A stretch of 28,220 nt of DNA from a virus (lineage: Duplodnaviria; Caudoviricetes), in the IMG/VR virus record IMGVR_UViG_3300020044_001006, positions 1-28,220 of that record, one strand, 5' to 3'. Below, piece after piece: positions 24,312 to 28,220 of this stretch. Position numbers and translations under genes: made by a program. The notes beneath the pieces were generated by a model. The model was not told the origin of the DNA. It saw only the letters and a program-made list of their open reading frames with translations, and searched no databases. The first letter of the stretch is position 1. Each line of letters begins with the position of its first letter.

Positions 24312-26708
24312 TTAGCCAAACGCAGCTTTCATTTGTCCACCACGTCTACGAGCGTCAATAACGGCACTCTTAGTGGCACTTGTAATCTGTGGCATAAGTT
24401 TCGCCACTTCAGCACGAATAGCGGCAGGATCAGAGCCACCAGTTACATTGATATTATTATTGACAACAACAGAACCAGAAGCACCCTCGACAGAAACACC
24501 AAGTTTACCACCTCTACCACGCTTGAGTGGCATGATAGCCTCTGGGCCAGCTTCACCCATTAGACCAGTTTTACCACCAGCCATAGGGAAGTAAGTAGGG
24601 CCACCAACAACACCACCATTAGCATAGGCTTGGATTTGACGACCAGCACTAAAAGCACCACCATTAGCAAACAAGCCACCAATTAAGCCAGCAATACCAG
24701 TTCCATTCTGTGCATTACCAACAAGACGCTGCACAACAAGAACATCATACAACTGTCTGATAATGTCACGTGCCATATCTCTAAAGGCTTCTTTTGTAGT
24801 CTTTGTGCCATCTACAATAGACATAAGACCATCACCGATAGTATCAGCCACGCTTTGCTGTAGAGACTGCATTTGTTGCAGAGCTTCTTTTTCTTTGTTA
24901 ATGGCTTCTAGACGAGCAACAGCCCCTTGAATAGCTGCATCAGAATATTCTTTATCAGAGCCTTTAATGGCTTGCATAACCTCTTTATATGCTTCTGATG
25001 TACCAAGTAGCTCTTTCTCAAGTTCTACTCTCTTTAGAAGTGCTTCAAGAGCATCTGGACTGGCAACACCCCCGCCACCACCACCGCCGTTACCTGTGCT
25101 TGGCAACATTGGGATACCATCTGGGCCAATCATGGGCATACCTGCACCAACATTAGCACCACGAGAGCCATATCTTTGCATGGCTTGTCCGCCAGCGGAA
25201 AACTCAAATTGAAGTTGCTTTAACCTGTCACTAGCAGCCAGATTGACCATATTTGTAGCAGCAGATAAAGAGATGCCCAAATTTGAAGCAAGAACTCTAG
25301 CTGCTTCTGCTGCCCTGTTAATTCCACCTTCGATATTTACAGTAGAGAGACCTAGTGCATCAAGGTGCGCTTCCCCAATGCTCTTAGCGATCTCAGCCCT
25401 TTTTCTTGATTCCTCTACAATAGTAGACAGAATAGAAATGCCCAAAGCTCTCTTTGCTTCTAGGTCACGAAGACCTTGTTCGTTTTGAGCATCAATACGG
25501 GCATTATTCATTTCCCGTGCTTTAGCAAGTCCGACTTCTTGTTGATAAGCAGCAAGTTCAGCCTTAGCTTTTTTTACAGCAGCATCAGCAGCCTCTTTTT
25601 CTGCTTTAGCCAACTCCATGGTTTGAGAAACAGATGCAGCCGCGCGACCACCTATGGCTTGTATACGAGAAAGTTCTTCTGCCTTTATAGCGGCATCTTC
25701 GTAGGTTTTTGTGAGTTCTTGTAGCTTACTTTGAGTTCCTTCAAGATTCTCATCAAACTTAGGGTCAATGAGTTTCATACGCTCTGTATAAAGTTCTTTT
25801 GTTGCATCCCTTAGTCTTTGGAAAACATCAATAGCATCTTCAGAAGATTTATTTACGTCTTCTGAGTTCATGTACATTGTATAAAGTACTGCACCAACAG
25901 CAGTAAAGATGGGTATCCCAATGCCAAGTACAGCAGCAAGAGTTGTAGCAGCAGCAGTGGTCAAACCCAATTGAGCGGCAACTAGAGGTAAGACACCTAC
26001 TAACTGTGTGGCCTGCTGTCCAAAGGCAACCATTGGGTTAGTCCCAGATTGAACTTGAACGAAGAAGTCACCAACTTGATAACCTAACTGTTGTGTTGCG
26101 ACACCAAGCTGGTTATTCTTCTTAGTCATTGCTTGAGCATTAGCGCCATAACCAGAGAAAACTCCCGTCCCCGCTGTCATCTGTTGGTTTAGTCTGGTTA
26201 TTGCCGCTGCTTGTTGTTCAGCCGTAATAATATCAGTTTTACGGGCAATAGCAAGGTCATTCAATTCTTTAGAGTAAATATCCATCGCAGCATAACCTTC
26301 GATGAACTTAGCCTTAAGTCTTTGTTCTTCTGCTACTGCCCTTTGTGCCTCTGCTACTTCAAGTTTACGCTGAGTGTTAAACTGAGTGTTAATAGCAATA
26401 GCTTCTCTACGAGCTTGTGCAAAAGCCTCTGTTTCTTTCTTAGCAAGAGCTTCGGCTGCTGCTGCTTCTTTCTGAGCTTTATTTGCTACTTGCAGAGCCT
26501 TAGAGTAATCCAATACGGACTTTTCATAACCTTTGGAAGACTTAGCTAGTTTCTGTAGTGCCATATCAAACTGACTATTTGAGATTCTACCCTCGTCAAT
26601 AGCCTTTTGAAGTTTAACTACTCTACTCTCAAGACTTTTTGTAGTATCAATAGCAGTGACAACGCCTTTGACATTAGCCCCAATAGTAATTATAAGATCG
26701 TCAGCCAT
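24312..26708 (-). CDS. Tail tape measure protein (798 aa from ATG 26708)
   Basis: Ala-rich helical ORF; QQLGYQVGDFFVQVQSGT...FGQQ; C-terminal FANGG, GEAGPEAIMPL. Confidence 0.92.
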   Translation of the reverse strand: MADDLIITIGANVKGVVTAIDTTKSLESRVVKLQKAIDEGRISNSQFDMALQKLAKSSKGYEKSVLDYSKALQVANKAQKEAAAAEALAKKETEAFAQARREAIAINTQFNTQRKLEVAEAQRAVAEEQRLKAKFIEGYAAMDIYSKELNDLAIARKTDIITAEQQAAAITRLNQQMTAGTGVFSGYGANAQAMTKKNNQLGVATQQLGYQVGDFFVQVQSGTNPMVAFGQQATQLVGVLPLVAAQLGLTTAAATTLAAVLGIGIPIFTAVGAVLYTMYMNSEDVNKSSEDAIDVFQRLRDATKELYTERMKLIDPKFDENLEGTQSKLQELTKTYEDAAIKAEELSRIQAIGGRAAASVSQTMELAKAEKEAADAAVKKAKAELAAYQQEVGLAKAREMNNARIDAQNEQGLRDLEAKRALGISILSTIVEESRKRAEIAKSIGEAHLDALGLSTVNIEGGINRAAEAARVLASNLGISLSAATNMVNLAASDRLKQLQFEFSAGGQAMQRYGSRGANVGAGMPMIGPDGIPMLPSTGNGGGGGGGVASPDALEALLKRVELEKELLGTSEAYKEVMQAIKGSDKEYSDAAIQGAVARLEAINKEKEALQQMQSLQQSVADTIGDGLMSIVDGTKTTKEAFRDMARDIIRQLYDVLVVQRLVGNAQNGTGIAGLIGGLFANGGAFSAGRQIQAYANGGVVGGPTYFPMAGGKTGLMGEAGPEAIMPLKRGRGGKLGVSVEGASGSVVVNNNINVTGGSDPAAIRAEVAKLMPQITSATKSAVIDARRRGGQMKAAFG

Positions 26709-27056
26709 TAGCCACCCCCATATAGACTCCATCTAACCTAATAATTGCTTCTATCTCCCAAGCATCTATCGGTGTTTCAGTCAGTTCTTTCCACGCTTTT
26801 ATCTGTTCAAAGGTAATTGGGTTAGGCCCAGAAAACCCTGCACTTCTTCTGTTACTCAACGTCAAAAAGGCAGACCAGACGTGACTTAAGATCATTGGGA
26901 AATCTGTCGGGGGTTCCAATGCTTCAAGTCTACGTCCAATCTGCCTTTCTACTTGTTCAAGATGCTCTCGTTCTGTAATGCCATCCTTGTCAGGTTTGTT
27001 GAGCTTAAACTGATGTTCAGCCCACTCGCACAACTGACAAGTTAGGCTTTCATAAA
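26701..27056 (-). CDS. Tail assembly chaperone frameshift extension (gpT-like part of a gpGT fusion)
   Basis: The -1 frame is open from the slippery site (YESLTCQLCEWAEHQF...) to TGA 26703-26701; W..F..L...R..G..GP.PI....I.AW pattern. Confidence 0.8.
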
Positions 27057-27440
27057 ACCCAGAATTTCTTCCGATGCTTGTTCAATTTGAGCCTTGATCC
27101 AGAATACTTTTTCGTAAACCTCACGAGCTTTCTCTAGGGACAACTTAGGCTTCTCACCACTAAAGGTAATGTTCCATTCTTTTGTTGTCTTAGCCAAGCT
27201 ATCAAGGGAGATTTCCTCAATTTCTTCTGCTGTAATATCTTTAGTCCCTTTGCCTTGCATCTTCTTAAGACGCTTATTAGTCATCTCATGCAGAACTTTC
27301 TTGTATTCTTTAGAGTGAGGGGCAAATAGGGTAATCGTCATGTCACTCTTGTCTTCATTCTTAAGCACTTCATCAGTGGCAGGGTGCTTAAGTGTAACAA
27401 CAATAACTTCAGATTTAGGGGTCAGGTCTAGCAAGTCCAT
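27042..27440 (-). CDS. Tail assembly chaperone (gpG-like)
   Basis: Between the tail tube and tape measure genes; ends at a slippery site. Confidence 0.85.
   Translation of the reverse strand: MDLLDLTPKSEVIVVTLKHPATDEVLKNEDKSDMTITLFAPHSKEYKKVLHEMTNKRLKKMQGKGTKDITAEEIEEISLDSLAKTTKEWNITFSGEKPKLSLEKAREVYEKVFWIKAQIEQASEEILGFMKA
27054..27060 (-). promoter_or_regulatory. Programmed -1 frameshift heptamer G GGT TTT
   Basis: In-phase X XXY YYZ followed by ATG AAA GCC TAA; the -1 frame joins the downstream ORF. Confidence 0.85.
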
Positions 27441-27548
27441 AGTCGGGTATTTCCTTTTAGGTTCTGTCGGGGGTTTGTTTGTCGGGTCAGTAATTAGTGC
27501 GAGGAAGCATAAGACCCGACACCTATGCTTCCTCTACCCTAGCTAGGG
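27441..27548 (-). promoter_or_regulatory. Structured intergenic element: hairpin with UGUCGGGU loop plus three downstream CCCGAC copies
   Basis: Stem 27501-27511 with 27524-27534; GTCGGG at 27442, 27466 and 27481; palindrome CCCTAGCTAGGG at 27537-27548. Confidence 0.7.
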
Positions 27549-27559
27549 ATTCTTAGTTA

Positions 27560-28220
27560 TTAAGCAGTACGAGTAATGACCAAGTTAGAGGCTTCAGTTG
27601 CATCATACAAAGCCACAAAGGACATATTGATGATACGGCTGGTAGGGCCATCTACAGGAACATCTGCACTGTTAATCTTAATACGGGGGAACAAGAAGGT
27701 GTAGGCGTTAGTTCCAGTTGGATCATTCACCGATACTTCGAGTTCTGTTTCAGTCTCATTCAAGAAGCGGTTAATCAGAGCCGTATCTTCAAAGTAAGCT
27801 GTGATAGTACCTTCAATCTCTGCGCGACCATACTCAAGCGAAGGGGCAGAAGCATCACCAATCACGAAGGTAGGGGCAAAGGAGTTGTTCAGAGTAAAGT
27901 CAAGGCCAGTTACGATAGCTACAGCAGAGCTTGAACCTACGTTACCGATAGCGATGTCACCCGAGTAAGCATCAAAGGGGGCATTGTTGGCAGCGGCTGT
28001 CTGTGTCTTTTGTGTTGCGCTGACAGTCATGTCCTTGCCAACCATACCAAACGTGGTAGTGACCATCTGGTTAGGTGCTAGAGAGATTGCCATAGTCGAT
28101 ACTGTCATACCAGTAAACAGACGAGCTTGGTCAATATCAGAAGCATAATCTTCAATAGAGAAGAACTTGGGTGTAACCCCTACCTTCAGCACGTTGGTAG
28201 CCCAAGTATTAAGCATAGCC
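27560..28220 (-). CDS. Major tail tube protein (5'-truncated by window edge)
   Basis: Frame open to the edge; FSIEDY..DI, F.GM.VS...SLAP, EG.IT.YFED and F.ALYD; upstream of the chaperones and tape measure gene. Confidence 0.85.
   Translation of the reverse strand, partial: AMLNTWATNVLKVGVTPKFFSIEDYASDIDQARLFTGMTVSTMAISLAPNQMVTTTFGMVGKDMTVSATQKTQTAAANNAPFDAYSGDIAIGNVGSSSAVAIVTGLDFTLNNSFAPTFVIGDASAPSLEYGRAEIEGTITAYFEDTALINRFLNETETELEVSVNDPTGTNAYTFLFPRIKINSADVPVDGPTSRIINMSFVALYDATEASNLVITRTA

Noticed and set aside
25066-25095. Poly-Gly stretch in the tape measure protein
   Set aside because: Mixed codons; Gly-rich linkers are common before the tape measure C-terminal domain.
561-27546. Numerous antisense or nested ORFs in the track (e.g. 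7381..7824, 10820..11323, 12894..13307, 20148..20546)
   Set aside because: They are shadows of well-supported genes with no motifs, and they break the two-arm strand organisation.
1-28220. CRISPR array, integrase/att site, reverse transcriptase/DGR, stop-codon reassignment
   Set aside because: No repeat-spacer arrays or relevant motifs were seen. Genes are intact under the standard code, and all three stops are used at gene ends.

Overview
Segment of a lytic-type tailed dsDNA phage (siphovirus-like long non-contractile tail) with two convergent arms meeting at a bidirectional terminator (~16701-16740). The + arm (1-16699) holds early, replication and nucleotide-metabolism genes: SleB-like hydrolase, ThyX, a phage sigma factor, T7-like primase-helicase, a family A DNA polymerase, SSB, 5'-3' exonuclease, endonuclease I, metallophosphoesterase, adenine methyltransferase, MazG-like protein, DUF1127, class II RNR, tRNA-Arg(UCU), glutaredoxin, PhoH and DUF3310. 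The - arm (28220-16757) holds the tail tube, tail assembly chaperones with a -1 frameshift, tape measure, tail tip/fibre genes and lysis genes (lysozyme, holin-like proteins, u-spanin). DUF1127 and the B12-dependent RNR suggest an alphaproteobacterial (possibly Rhodobacteraceae) host; this is inference. The notable points are: (1) the polymerase gene is split into two separately initiated ORFs by an HNH-AP2 gene, with no room for an intron; (2) an HNH-containing intein lacking the block-B His sits in the PhoH P-loop; (3) a hairpin/pseudoknot with a UGUCGGGU loop is complementary to ACCCGAC motifs that sit between SD and start codon of two unrelated genes; (4) a duplicated bipartite promoter-like motif; (5) a ~32-bp leader hairpin before the primase-helicase; (6) a gene inserted with a 16-bp duplication. 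All product calls come from motif recognition by eye; no searches were run.
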